Below the pieces are notes generated by a model that saw only the letters and a program-made list of their open reading frames with translations, was not told the origin of the DNA and did no database searches. Below are positions 15,177 through 29,035 of a DNA stretch of 64,000 nt, piece after piece. Source of the DNA: the human T2T-CHM13v2.0 reference genome, Homo sapiens; NCBI RefSeq assembly GCF_009914755.1, contig NC_060931.1; one strand, given 5' to 3'. Both the position numbers and the translations under genes were made by a program. Numbering within the stretch: position 1 is the first letter of the stretch; each line of letters begins with the position of its first letter.

Positions 15177-15271
15177 AATTCAAATTGTATGCAGCATTTC
15201 AAATTGTATTTCAAATACATTTCAAAGTGTATTTCAAATAAATTTCAAATAGCATTTCAAATTGTATTCAG
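15177..15271. repeat. Degenerate tandem repeat of ATTTCAAA (about 7 copies, 11-12 bp period)
   Basis: Read directly from the sequence. Confidence 0.85.
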
Positions 15272-15599
15272 TATATAACCAACTGGAGCACTCTCAAAGA
15301 AATTTTACCTTGCACATTTATGGATGTTTTGCTCTCTCTATTAAATTATTCCAGGCAAATTTATACCTACCAAGAGCTAGCTAACAAAATATTATTAAAT
15401 TTCAGCATAGTTAAATAAAAGACATCCCATCAAAAATACATGTATAATATATAGATGCCAGTTAAAAGGAGAAAATAAATATTTTCAGTGGACTTTTAGA
15501 ATTTCTGATCCTTCTCTTCTATATAACACATCAAAGCTCAATAATATAATAATATTAAATGCTCCTTTACTAGGCAAAGGAAAACATTTGACTTATAGC

Positions 15600-16694
15600 A
15601 TATTTTACTAATTGTAAGATAATTGTAAGATGCACCTTCTTCCTCATTTTAACAACTCTGAAATCAGAATGAGTCTTATAACAGCTGTTGACCAGGTTCA
15701 GTCATGACAAAGTAGTTGCTTTTTGCACATGCACTTCAAAACTTACAGAATGAAATGGGAGAAAATTCCAGAACATACTTAAGAAATGCTTCATCACCAA
15801 TGGTTTTGCTGGCATAGAGGTCAGTATTACGCAGAAAAACAAGGACATCAACAACTCAGACAAAAAATGATTCAGATTTACCAGGGGTGTCTAATCTTTT
15901 GGCTTCCCTGGGCCACATTGGAAGAAGAAGAATTGCCTTGGGCCACGCATAAAATACACTAACACTAACGATAGCTGAAGAGCAAAAAAAAAAAAAAAAG
16001 GGCCGTGCATACATTTTATAACGTTTTTAAAAAGTTTATAAATTTGTGTTGGTCCGCATTCAAAGTCATCCTGGGCTGCATGTAGCCTGTGGGCCGCGAG
16101 TTGGACAAGCTTGATTTAGAGTCTGATGTGAAGAAGTTTTAGAAATAACCAAGTTATTTTGCTTACATATTCCCTTATATGTATATATGAAAGTGATACA
16201 GGATTTTAAAATCTACATCCAAAATGTCTAAAAACTTATTTCCACAGGTATAAAATAAAAAGTGCAATTAATAAGAAGACACTGTATCATAGATAAGCTA
16301 GCAAGGGTTTTTTCCTTTCTTTCTTTTCTTTTTTTTTTTTTAAACGGAGTCTCACTCTGCCACCAGGCTGGAATGCAGCGGCAATCTTGGCTCACTGCAA
16401 CCTCTGCCTCCTGGGTTCAAGTGATTCTCCTGCCTCAGCCTCCTGAGTAGCTGGGACTACAGTCATGCACCATCACCCCCAGCTAACTTTTTTGTATTTT
16501 TAGTAGAGACGGGGTTTCAGCATGTTGGCCAGGATGGTCTCGATCTCCTGACCTCATGATCCACCTGCCTCGGCCTCCCAAACTGCTGGGATTACAGGCG
16601 TGAGCGACCATGCCTGGCCGTTTTTTTTTTCCTTTCTTAATGGTACATAACATAATGGTATATCCGAACATGTACAATTCAATAAAACATGGTG
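15600..16694. mobile_element. Kanga-like Tc2 element interrupted by MER30 (~15882-16112) and a minus-strand AluS (~16322-16619)
   Basis: Termini resemble the 2713-2900 element. MER30 ends caggggtgtc...ttggacaagcttg. Alu consensus is clear. Confidence 0.65.
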
Positions 16695-17390
16695 TGACGT
16701 AGGTTTGGTTGACTCCTATTATTTTATGCAACAATACTTGTAAATTTCCTGATGTTAAATAAGCAGCTCATTGAACAAAGCTCAGATGTTCCAAACTCTT
16801 TCTTTTAAGAAATGCATGTCCAGGACAGGACTCCTCAGCAAGCTGATGATTATCTATTGTGCTAAGGCTCGTCCAATCTTATTGGCCAGTTTCCTTTGCC
16901 ACGTGGTCTGGTTGCCATCATCAGGCTGCCTTTTCTTCACAATAAGGAGAATGAGCTCAAAGTCAATTGGCAGGCAGCAGGGGATGACTCTAGACTCTGT
17001 CTCTTAGCTGGGAACCCTCTGCCTAACCTAGCCAACACCAGGAACACCCCCCAAAATAGAGGACCTGATGTGGCTGATGTCAGATACATGCTTAGAATAA
17101 AGGAAGCACATCAAAGTAAGCAAAAACTATGTAGTTTGCTCATGACTGATTTCTAAAATCACTCCTGGAGTCACATTCAATATTTCCTACTTTTTCTAAA
17201 TTTTCCAACTTGCATTGAATATGGTAGTATAAAAGAAATCAGATGGCTGCCTCAGAATAGAGTGGCTCATTTTAAAAGAACTAAGCATTTTTATTTAGTC
17301 ACACTTAATCTTCTAATGTGAATTATAATGCTGATTTGATAATGCAAGTGTTTGGAGTAATTCGTAGTAATCAAAGCATGTGGTGCTTAC

Positions 17391-17411
17391 CTTCTTTTCA
17401 AATAAGATATC
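17391..17411 (-). CDS. COL28A1: COL28A1 exon 4 (21-nt microexon, DILFEKK)
   Basis: ttttttcccttgtag|GAT ATC TTA TTT GAA AAG AAG|gtaagc. Confidence 0.93.
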
Positions 17412-19756
17412 CTACAAGGGAAAAAAGAATGAAGCATTAACTCGATTGATAGTTCTGCCTCCAGCTACTTATTAGTCATAACTATTCCCTATGGGATATG
17501 AAGTTTCCACAAAGAATAGCAATTCAGCCTTTTTAAACTTGTAAAAGCAATAAAACCAACCAGCCAACCACCCAAGGAGCAGTCCGAGCCATGTAATAAT
17601 AAGAGATATAACTACCATTAAAAATTAACCTATATTTTCTAGGAACTTCATCTTACTGCATTCTATGTTTTATCTTTTGTTTCCTTTATCAGCTCTGTAA
17701 TCTCCATAATTTGACTATAAAGTTAATCAGTCATAATGAGAAAGCTCTCACTTTTACATACAAAGACTGAGGCAGAATATATAATTGTATATTTTCAATT
17801 TTTTCCATCCCTATGCACATATACATGCATCTATTTTTCATGATTTATTTTTCAAGATTAAAACAATATAGTCATAACTTCATGAAATATTAATGGGTGT
17901 TAGATCATATTAAAACTCAAAAAGAGAAAATTACAAAGTCCAGTGACATTTTTTGAGATGATCTGAATTATGAGAAGACAAAGATTTCCATTATTATGAT
18001 CACTAGGGGAGGAGTTTTCTATTTCAAATTTGAAAAGCCTCCAATATGATACTTTATTTACAGAATTTCAACAGAAGCCAAAAAAGATACTCAGCTTTTA
18101 AATTTAAACAGTATTAGGAATAATATTTTGGTAAAAATTTTGAACTGTTCATAGCAATATGCATTACTTATGTAAAAGAGGACTTACATTTATAACTGGC
18201 TAACTTAGGGGAAAAACTAAGTGATAGAAAAGTAATACATATTTCATAATAAAAAATGATCATTATGAAAAACAAAAAAACAAATTTAATGAGTCTTAGT
18301 CAATCAGACTCAACCTCTTGCTTTGCAATAAGGAAACATGGTTCCACCATAATGTGACTCAACTGAGGTAACACACTTGGGCTGCACCTCCTGACCGTCT
18401 TCAGTGCATGTCATATGTACCATACAGGAATGAATTAGCCAGAATATTTTTCAAAACTATTTTAAATTTATAATTTTGCAGAAATGTCATGATCTTGTTT
18501 TTGTCTAACACCTAGGCCTCACTACCATACTTGAATTCAGTGGGATATTACCTGACAAGTGCACTGAAGGCTGTGTTGGAAGACAAACGCTGGAAAGAAA
18601 CTAATCTATGTTTATATATAGAATTAGTACTTTCTTAACCTAGAAATTATGTGTCAAACCAGTGCCTTGTGATTTCATCTGAAGGGGTAATTTACATACG
18701 ATAAAATAGAAAGATGAAGGAGCAAGCACTGGAATATTTGTTGCAAGATATTAAAAATGCAGAAGCTAACAAGGAAGTTAAATAAGAGTATGTAGCTTTA
18801 TGAAGGATGCTGCATCCCTTTAGTTTTATTTTTACTTTATTTCCGTACAAACTAATACTATAGAGGGACGAGATAACAAAATGCTTTAATGATTTAATAG
18901 GGAAAAAATTAGGCTGGGAATTAAGTGTCATTCTGGGTTTCCATCCCGTTTCAACAATTAACTAGCTATGTGGCCTTGGACAAGTCATACAATCCTTCCA
19001 GGTAATTTTCTCCATATATAAAAAAGGACAAAGTTTGACTACATGATCTCAGGAGCTATAAAACCCTAGCCACAGACACTAGCTACAAAATTTAGAGTCT
19101 CACCTACCACCCCTCCCAACCAAACGATTTTAAATTACTAGCCATGTAAATCCAGGCTGAAAGCAGATGAGATATTTGTATCTTTAAGAGCTAGGAGGTC
19201 CTATGGAGAAATAGGAACTCAGATACACTGATAGTTTTAGTTAAAATGGTATTACCCTCTGTAGAACATTTGGTTATGCCTACAAGGCTGAAGATGGACC
19301 TGCTTTATCACGAGGCTGCCAGGACAATTCTTGCTTTTGCCTGTTATCCTGACATCCTTTCTAGACATACCACAGGGAAATTCTTGCACTTGCACATTTC
19401 AGCATTCATTGTTTTTTGTAATGAAAAACTGTAAATAAAATAATTGCCAATAGTGGAATGGATCAGCAAATGAAATACTACTCGGCAGTTAAAGTGAATG
19501 CATTGGATCTACACATTTCAACAAAATTTCCAAAAAAACATTGAGTGCAAAAGCAAGTTGTAGATAGATACATACAATATGATCTGATTTATTAAAATAC
19601 GTAAGATATTTCAAACCACGTCAGAGAGTGGTTTCCTCTGGGAGAAAGAGAGAGAAAAGAAATTCAAAAGAAGTTCAACAGAGGCAGTAAAACAACTAAT
19701 AATTCAAGTCAAATTGTAATATTTAAAAACCACTACTGAAATAAAGAAAAATTTAA

Positions 19757-20096
<340 letters not shown>

Positions 20097-21739
20097 ACAA
20101 TAAGCAATATCTTAATCAATTTTTAAATTCACGAATTCAGCTCTTACTGTGCCTGATGTGTAATTTTATACTTTTTTCAGTTCTTTCTTTTAAAATTCAA
20201 TTTCTTCTTTGCCATATTGCTCTTTAGAAATATGTGGCATAAGGCTTAAAACCATAGCAATGCAAAAAACTATTTTTGGAACTCATTTAATTTTGTGTTT
20301 GCTGGAATTTATATTTCTATGGAAACAAAAATGAACCCAAAACTACACAATAGATAAGACTGTTTCAAACAAAGAACAAAGCCCCATCCCTGAGGGCTCT
20401 TATAGGCTATAAGCCCCAGGAACAGAGGACAACACACAGCAACCCGAGTAGGAAGGAGGTCCTAGGCCAGGGGCGGGGGAGCCGCTAACAAGATGGCTTC
20501 TTGGAATAGGTGGGTTTTCTGGATGGTTTTGAAGAGAGGAATGCAAAGGACCACCCATTGATGGTATGCTGTCCTATATGTCAAAGTTGATGAGGAAAAA
20601 AGTCATAAGGACTAGTGTGGGCAATAAGACAAAGGAAGTAGTTATGAGGAACATTTAAAGGGAGTGGATGGAAGGGCCCACATGGACAGAGCCGGAGGCC
20701 TTGGGAGGTGGCGAGGGCTTGCACTCAGGCAGGGAAGCAGGCTGCAAGGAGAACAGTGTCAAAGCCTGACGGGAGGCCATGTTCAATGACAGACTGGGGG
20801 CATGCTTGAGTTTCAATGAAAAGGATAAATAGGGAAAGGGTCTCATGACAGCAAAAGAAGATGCAGTCAGAATTTCATTAATGGATTCATATATATGGCA
20901 TATATTCACATATACTATATATGCAAAACCAGAATGCTAGAATGGAATCACCAATTTTTCAAGGAGTATAAGGTTTATGCTGTGAGAAGGGGACAGAAAA
21001 CATGTGAGGGATGGACAAATATCACAGCACATGGAATGACAGCAAAGCACTCGGTAGGCAAGGGGAACAAACCCTGTGACAAAAAAATTCAACTTAAAAT
21101 GGTAGCAAAATGGCCACTATAAAATCTAAAACAGAAAAATAAGGCCCTAAACAGAGGAAGTCTTGAAAAAATGGAAAGTGATCATAATTAATAGATTAAG
21201 AAAGCATAGGATTCTAAAGATGATATAGACATCATCACATTGATCTCTTCTTGGTATGTGAGGGAGGGAATACCTTAAATTTATGTTTTTTAAAAATCGT
21301 TCAGAAAAAAAGACAAATTTGTCACAACCCTTATTTCCATAAAGGCTTTTTAAATACTTAACATCAAAGGCAATAGAGGGAAAAAATTGTCTTTAATTTT
21401 CACATATCCTCTCTTACTCTTCTACAGGACCAAGTAATATATCCAGGACTTTGGAATGAATTTGTTTGTTTGGTTTCAATACTATTATGTAAATTATAAT
21501 AAAAATAGCAATAAAAATATATTACATGTCTTCTTCAATTTGGAGTCATTAAGTCTCTTTTGAGTAATTCAGAACTAAAATGTTTCTATGGGGTTCTTAC
21601 ATGATAATTCCTACTAGAGGCATCAAGGAATTTGCAATGATTTGTTTTGTCTTTGCTCCTGAAGAATCTATTCATTCTGTATACTCGTGTCCATTAAATT
21701 CAACTAAAGTCTATTCTACAATAAAAGGGAGTAAACTTC

Positions 21740-22070
21740 TGATACAGAAAAAAACCCTGATGAGTTTGAAAATCATTATACTGGGTACAAGAAGCCTGAC
21801 ACAAAAATAATACATACTATTTGAGTTTGTATAAAATTCTAGAAAGTATACACTAATCTAGAGTCACAAAAGTAAGATCAGTAGCTCAGGAGCAAATGGG
21901 GTCTTACAAAGAGATATGAGGCAATTTGGGGAGGTGATGGAAATGTTCTCTATCCTAATTGTGTTGGTAGTTTCATAGGTGTGTACCTATGTCAAAAGCT
22001 CATGGAATTGTGCCCTTTAAGTTAATGCAGTTGTGTACTTAAATCATACCTAATTAACTTATTTAAAAAG
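21740..22070 (+). mobile_element. Old L1M (L1MC/ME-like) 3'UTR fragment
   Basis: ggaggtgatggaaatgttctctatc...tgtcaaaagctcat pattern. Confidence 0.65.
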
Positions 22071-22174
22071 TCAACTACATAATTATTTTAAAATAAAAAG
22101 TTTAAAAATTCAACTAAAGATGTAATAGAAAGGGATTAGATAAAGAATTTTTCCAATGGTCTCATCAAGAGTCA

Positions 22175-22486
<312 letters not shown>

Positions 22487-24509
22487 CTAGATGGTGGCAA
22501 TTTGTAACATTGAAAGTTGGTATACCATTCTTTGAAGAGCCTAATAAGCACTTTGGATCCTGTAAGTGTTTGGAAAGCAGCACCTCCTTCTAAAAAGTGG
22601 TTTATTCATGGAGCTTCCATCTGAACAAACAAGCTGAAATCACAGATGCTAAACAAACAAGCTGAAGTCGCCGGATGCTAAGGAAGAGCAGTATTCAGTC
22701 ATTTTCTGTTTGCCCAGGAACAGACAAACAATTTTGCTTCCAGTCTACTGCCAAGAGCCTGTGTTCTCAGTGAAGCAGGTGCTCTCAGCGAGGGTGTATC
22801 TGGTGGGAATATGAACAACCTGAGCCTACACCTGTGGCCAAACAAGGAGCTGCCTGTCCCGCATCTTCTATGGTCAGCTCTTATCCATCTTAAGGTGAAG
22901 ATGAATAAGTAACAACAGCCCACTCATGACCACATCACCAGGATTCTCTCCCACACGGGCTGGAGCCCTCTGTTTTATGTTCAGTGGTGAGGACCCCTTA
23001 AGTCATGGCACAGGCAGGGCTAAGTGTTAGCCAGGAACCACTACAAATTTCCCTTTCATGCAAAAGAGCTGCTCAGAATGAGTACTTACCTTGAGCACCA
23101 CAGGACTGGGCCCATCAGCTCTATCTCTGATCTAGGCATAACTCTCCCATTTACCCCGAATCCCCAAGGAAAAAAGGCTAGAAACAATAGTAACTTTGGA
23201 GGAGGGCTGCTACCAAACTGTTTCAGAGCAGTTCTGATTGAGAAAATATTTTTTTAAAAAGCAGTTACTATTTCCTCTCTCAATATGCCTTTATAGGGTT
23301 AAGCATGCAAACTGTGAGGTCTTCACCGGCCTTAAATTTTCAACTACAAAATGGGTATAATAACATTACCTACATCATAAGATTGTGGCAAACATTGAAT
23401 AAAATAAAATATATAAAGTGTTCAGGAAAATGCCTAATACAGAGAGAGTACTCAATACCTAAGAGCTATTATTTAGGTAAGAAAACCTCAGATCTTATGC
23501 TGAAAGCAACAGAGAGTAAAAAGATAAGAGTAATGTTGAGAAAAAGATCGAGGGATAAGACAAAAGGAGCAAAACAATCTCTGAAATAGAGCCTGAGTTT
23601 TCTGTGCAAGCTGTAGAAAACAGCCATATGAAACGCTCAGTACATAAAGGACACCTTTGCCTTCCTTTCTCAGGAAATCAAAGAAATCCAAGTTTTTAAG
23701 AAAATCAGTTTTTAACACTCAGCCAATCAACCAATTTATCTCTAGGCGTTTTCTCCTTGAGAAATATTGTGAAGAGGGATTTCCTTTTGATTGTGGTGCC
23801 GTGTGTTTTACAAAGCAGCAAGGAAAGGCTTTTATACACAGCTGAGCAACAAACAAAGAAAAGCTGACCAGACCTATCAAGTGGGACTCATTGATTTGAT
23901 GGGAGAAACTGTTGCTTGACTGCAGGTTGCAGATGATTTTAAATTGGATGGGCTTGAGAACATCTAAGAAAGAAGGAGGTAATTTTAAAAATTGGAAGTC
24001 TATGAACTTTGAGTAGCATAATGTAACAATAGGTGAGACAGAGTCAAAAATACTCAGTCCTTTAGAAGAGTAAGAGAGAATATGTCAAGATTATGTCAAA
24101 AATACCTGTACAGATGTGGAATGGGAAAAGACCAACTTAGTACAAATATAGCCTAACACCTCAAGTTGAGCACAACCTGAATATAAGTCAGCAATGTTCA
24201 TGATTGTAGGCTGTATAAACAGGAGCTTAAGGTATATGATTGGAAAATAACCCCTTCCAAAATCCTCAGCATCAGCTAGCAATAAAGTTAAGAATGCAAT
24301 TCCAGGGAATTAGCCTGGAACTTTTCCAGATTGTCTGGAGTAAACTGCCAAGAAAGTGGAGTGACACTTCAGAAAGATTCTTCTTTCTGTTTTCAGTGTT
24401 AACTCTCATTTTCTCCATCTTTTTGACCCAGTATCTCTTCTTATGGGATTTACAACAAATATGTCAATATTATGATGATAACTGTATAATCAACCCATTA
24501 GGTACCTAC

Positions 24510-25066
24510 CAGACGATCTTGAATTTTATCTACAAGGGTTGGATCACTCAACAGTAAAGTGGGTTCACTGGATGAATCCCCAGAAATCAAACGAAGTTTG
24601 GCTTCATTGACTACCGTAGAAAGTCCAATGGTGATAAATGATATTCCTGAAATTCTGGCATCTTCAGAAATACTTTGAACATCTGGATTCTTTGGATGGT
24701 CGATGCCATCAGTCATCAGCAAAACCACTTTCACACCATCCTTACGCCCTTCTCTCTTAAGTAGCCTAGTGGCATTGGAAATGGCATAATAAGAGAAGGT
24801 ACCTTGCCCTATTAAATTCATAGACTTGACCTTCTGCTTAAATGTCTGCAGGTCCTTCCAGGAAGAAAAAGGTGGATCAATTTGGACAGAGCTGCTAAAC
24901 TGAAGGGCTGCCAGTTTGATGTCATATTCCAAGGAGCGACCAGGAGTCAATTGGAAAATCTTGTCACTCAAGCTATCCACAAAATCTTTCTGTTTATCAA
25001 AGAGGGCAATTTTAGAACTTTCAGAGCTGTCCACGATGAAGACAATATCTATGAAACAAATGGAGC
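24510..25066 (-). CDS. COL28A1: COL28A1 exon 3: von Willebrand factor A domain 1
   Basis: 557 nt, phase 1 to 0. [11 protein letters not shown] (MIDAS DxSxS), GQGTF and LLMTDG motifs. Acceptor tttcag|GC; donor CTG|gtaggt. Overlaps ORF 24498..25034. Confidence 0.98.
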
Positions 25067-25559
25067 CTGAAACAGAATAAACAGGTTAGGCAAAATAATT
25101 ATTCCTATCATGAAACAAATTTGCATACGGAAAGCCCTGAAGTGGTGTGTTGTATATTGTTTGGTGTTGAGAGCAGCGTGAGGAGAGAAAGAGAGACACG
25201 TTGGACAGAAGGCTTCAATTGTAAAAAACTAAATGTCTAAGTTTATGAATTATTTTCTCCTTGTAAAATCATGCAAATTAAAAATAAATAAGATATCTTT
25301 TATTCTGAGCATCTTTTCAATGTTAAACCTGCTGAAAGTGGGAGGAAATGGGAAGTCAAGATGCATCACATTTTAAAAATCCAACTAACACTGAGCATAG
25401 TTGTCTAGAAGTAAATGATACTCTAATTCTCAGGTTGTGTCATATTGGTGAGTCCCTATTTTTTTTTAAACTTTCTTGAAATCAAGGGAGAAAATGACTA
25501 TACCCCCTATACCAAGAGTAAGTGGAGAAGAAACCTAACTTAAACACAACTTAAGTTTA

Positions 25560-25740
25560 AATCCCAGCTCTGTGTCTCAGTGGTTAATTTGCCTATGGCC
25601 TTGAGTATGCCACTCGACCTGTTAAGACCTCAATTTTTTTAATCTACACTATGAGTGGCAATCTCCGTCCTGCCTATTTTACAAGGTTACTGTGAGGCTC
25701 AAATGAGATAATAAGTGCACAAGTGCTCTTATTAAAGACT
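25560..25740. mobile_element. MIR
   Basis: ttaaatcccagctct...ctgtgaggctcaaatgagataat core. Confidence 0.65.
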
Positions 25741-25913
25741 CTGATATGCTATAAGTATGTAAGGTATATTATCATCATATAATTTTATCAAAGTAGACTA
25801 TCACATGTATACATGTATATGGCTTGCTATTTATATCAAATGCTATTTAGAAAAATTCACATAAGTATTTTTAACAGGCTAAACTTAAAAACAAACAATT
25901 TTTTTTTTTTTAC

Positions 25914-26037
25914 CCTGGACATCACTTTTCCTTGCAAGCAAATTTGATTTTGGTCCTTTCTTTCTTTGTCCGGATACTGTTTGACTCGTAAACGCTGACA
26001 AAAGCAGGAGATAGAAGACAAAATATCTGTTCCACAT
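25914..26037 (-). CDS. COL28A1: COL28A1 exon 2 coding part: signal peptide and N-terminus (exon spans 25914-26074 including 37 nt of UTR)
   Basis: ATG at 26037 gives [41 protein letters not shown]+G (124 nt). Acceptor ttctattaaag|GTGC; donor CAGG|gta. Confidence 0.96.
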
Positions 26038-28911
26038 TATGGTAGATGGTGAAAAATCATCTGTCTTGTAGCACCTTTAATAGAAAAGTCAGTTACAAAT
26101 ACTTTAATAAAATATGGTGTTTGTTATTTTTAAATTTCAAGCCAGCAGGGTTGAAAACTGGCATGTGACTGGAAAAAAGAGGTTTTCATTCATATTTCTA
26201 GAAAAATATTCACATTGAGATTTTGAAAGATTTCAATCCAAATAAATCATGGCACCATGACCAAACATTTATTAGTGAATATTTCTATATATTCAAAGAA
26301 CTATATTTAAGTATTCTTAATTCCGCATTGTATTTTGAGGAGCATAGAGTTGGGAGAGCCATTTAAAAACATTTCAATCCCGCTCTATATGATTACTGTG
26401 GTTCAATCACAGGGTCTGCTTTGACATTTCCAAATTCTTCAGGGGGAATTCAGATTGCTATATGGTCATTTCATTCACTTTCATTATAACTGATTCCTGA
26501 CAAATCTAGTATTTTGTAGAACTGTAGACAACCACCACCCTTTCAGGCTTAATACTACACACATAACTTCAGTGAGTTCAGAGGTCAAGGTAAAAATTAA
26601 ACGACCCTTCTGTTTCCATAGAACCCCATCTCTCTTTTCTACCCTAGCTTTGGAAACTTTGTCTCCACCAGGGGTTCAAAGCTGCATATGCAATGAATCA
26701 AAAGAGTATGAGAGCAAAAATAATAGATTTGCTTAAAAGCAACACTCTTCTTCCAGTGATGGCTAAAAGAACTAATGGACAGAAACGGGACTTAAAGCCA
26801 AGAAGCACCCCCTCTGAATAGCCCCGTGAAACTATTTTTCTGGGTGGATTAACAACGAAAAATCTAATTCTGTATTAAAATCCTCAATCTTCATCAGTCA
26901 ATATGCCTAGCTACACACCAACTGACTCTTAAACTCACAGATTTCCCTGGGAGGAGAAGACTCATGTGTTGTTGCCTCAGTATACCCAAGAGAATGGGAA
27001 CGAGAAAGCTTATTTCGAATCAATACTTAGTATGGCTTAAAAATGCTTGCCTGCTGAAACTTTATTGACTTCAGGAGTTCTGGAAAAGGAATCACATTTT
27101 CCTTCTTTGGCACCTTGCCTTTAGGGGATAAGAATCTGGGAAATCATGAGCACGATTTTTCCAGACTCTGAGTAGAGAGTGGAAATATATGCAAAGGCAG
27201 TGAGGAGTGAGATGGAGACTGACTTTTTTCATACATGCCAGATGGATAAACCCCAAAGGGAAACAAAACTGTTGGGTTAGGAGAGGACCAATGGATGGCT
27301 TCATGCCACAGTCTGCTCCTCACATAGCATCATCCAGCTGGAAGTGTATTAAAAGAACTTTGGATAGGTATGACCAAACATCTTGTGTAGCAATTGGCCA
27401 AATGCCAACTGATCCTCAGACAAGGTATACTAAAATGTAAAGACAGCTGGGTATTAAAAACAAAACAAAACCAAGAAATGTGCTAAGGAAACAGAACACA
27501 CAAAGGCCATCTCTCCTCAAGTTGTCCCTTTGCTAACCAAGGAAAAAAATAAATGATGTACAACTTTAAGTCTGAAGGTTAGTGTAAAGATAAGGCTATG
27601 TGAAAAACACAGTTGTTATTGCATTTTCAAAGGGGAAAGGGAATAACACCATGGCCATGGTATTACATATGACTTTTCTCTTTGGTTGAGTTCATACCAT
27701 AAGGAACATCTCAGAAGTTCTGGAAATAAGAGGCTGAGAACTGAATTCCATTGAGAACTGAGCAAGATTTTATAAGCAACATAATCAAGCAACTCTTCAA
27801 AACCCTTCATGTAAGGTTTTAGAAATACTGGCTTTAAATAAAGATTTATCTTTTCCCAAAACTAAGCACCTGCTCTTACTGTTTTCTTGGCATATAATCA
27901 TGAATTTGTACCTGATCCCTGTATATATGATATTCACAAACATAACTTTTCCATTGACAATAATCCCAATATCTCATATTTTGTTCTTATTTGCTCTGAC
28001 ATTGTTAATCTAGCTCTCCCAAACCAAAGTCTTGTTATTTCTTTCTGTTTCCCTATTGTAGCCAGAGGACATTTTCATACCTCTCTAGATTTGTTTCTCT
28101 AGCTTGTTAGTTCTACTGCTTCCCTGAAATATCTTTCTCGTTTATTAATTTGGCATCTTGAGAGCCCACTCATTTCTAATCACTTTTTACCATGTTTTAT
28201 TTTGCCTCTGTTTTTAATAATTCTCACCTTTCTCTCTTTCTGATGTCACGTACAAGCAAAATAGGTTTCAGAGGAAACAGTGCCATTAGTTAAGTGAAAG
28301 AAATGTGAACCTCTGTGTTTACTATAGGTTACATTTTATAAATGCAGAAACAATCATAATTATTAATCAAATACCGTAGTTTTACTTTTGGCCTAAAATT
28401 TATTTGGGGTAAATATCAGGATCAGTAAATAAATCCAAGATACTTTATTTTTTATAATTTTTCAAAAATAAAATGATCTTATATCAGAGTTCACCAACTT
28501 TAGTTACAATGTTTGCATCTCAGTTTCTACACAAATAGAAAATGATTGAATAAAGACTTTATTCAAATTGACAAATTAGCCAAGTTGTAAAGTATTCTAT
28601 AACTAATTCTGAATTGTAAACCCTGTTCCAAATTAAGAAAAAGATGTCCTAAAATATATTAACATCGTTGTAAAACAATTTAGAAGACTGTAAATTAAAA
28701 ATCCATTTCAAAATAATTTTAAGTTTTAAATTTCTACATTTTAACAATGTTAATATTTTTCTAATAATTGATTTGAAGTAATTGCAGAGAATACAAACTA
28801 TTGACAAGCTTTCTCACCTAATAATTATGTAAGTAAGTCATTTAGTCTTCCACAGTTCCTTGATGGTCCTATCTGATTTCAAGTGACTAAAATAAATCTG
28901 TTATGTCTTAC

Positions 28912-29035
28912 CTTATAAAGTTTGTCAAACAGGAATTAAAGACTAGTTGAGTAAATGCCAACAGCAAGGACTGTGGTTGGGGGTGAAGTTAGCTATTTGA
29001 TATTGTTCTGTTCTGTGGGAAATAAAAGTGTCTTT
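28912..29035 (-). other. COL28A1: COL28A1 exon 1 (non-coding); TSS approximate
   Basis: Strong donor AAG|gtaagac at 28912/28911, 2.8 kb upstream of exon 2. No ATG in the exon. The TSS cannot be determined from sequence. Confidence 0.7.
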
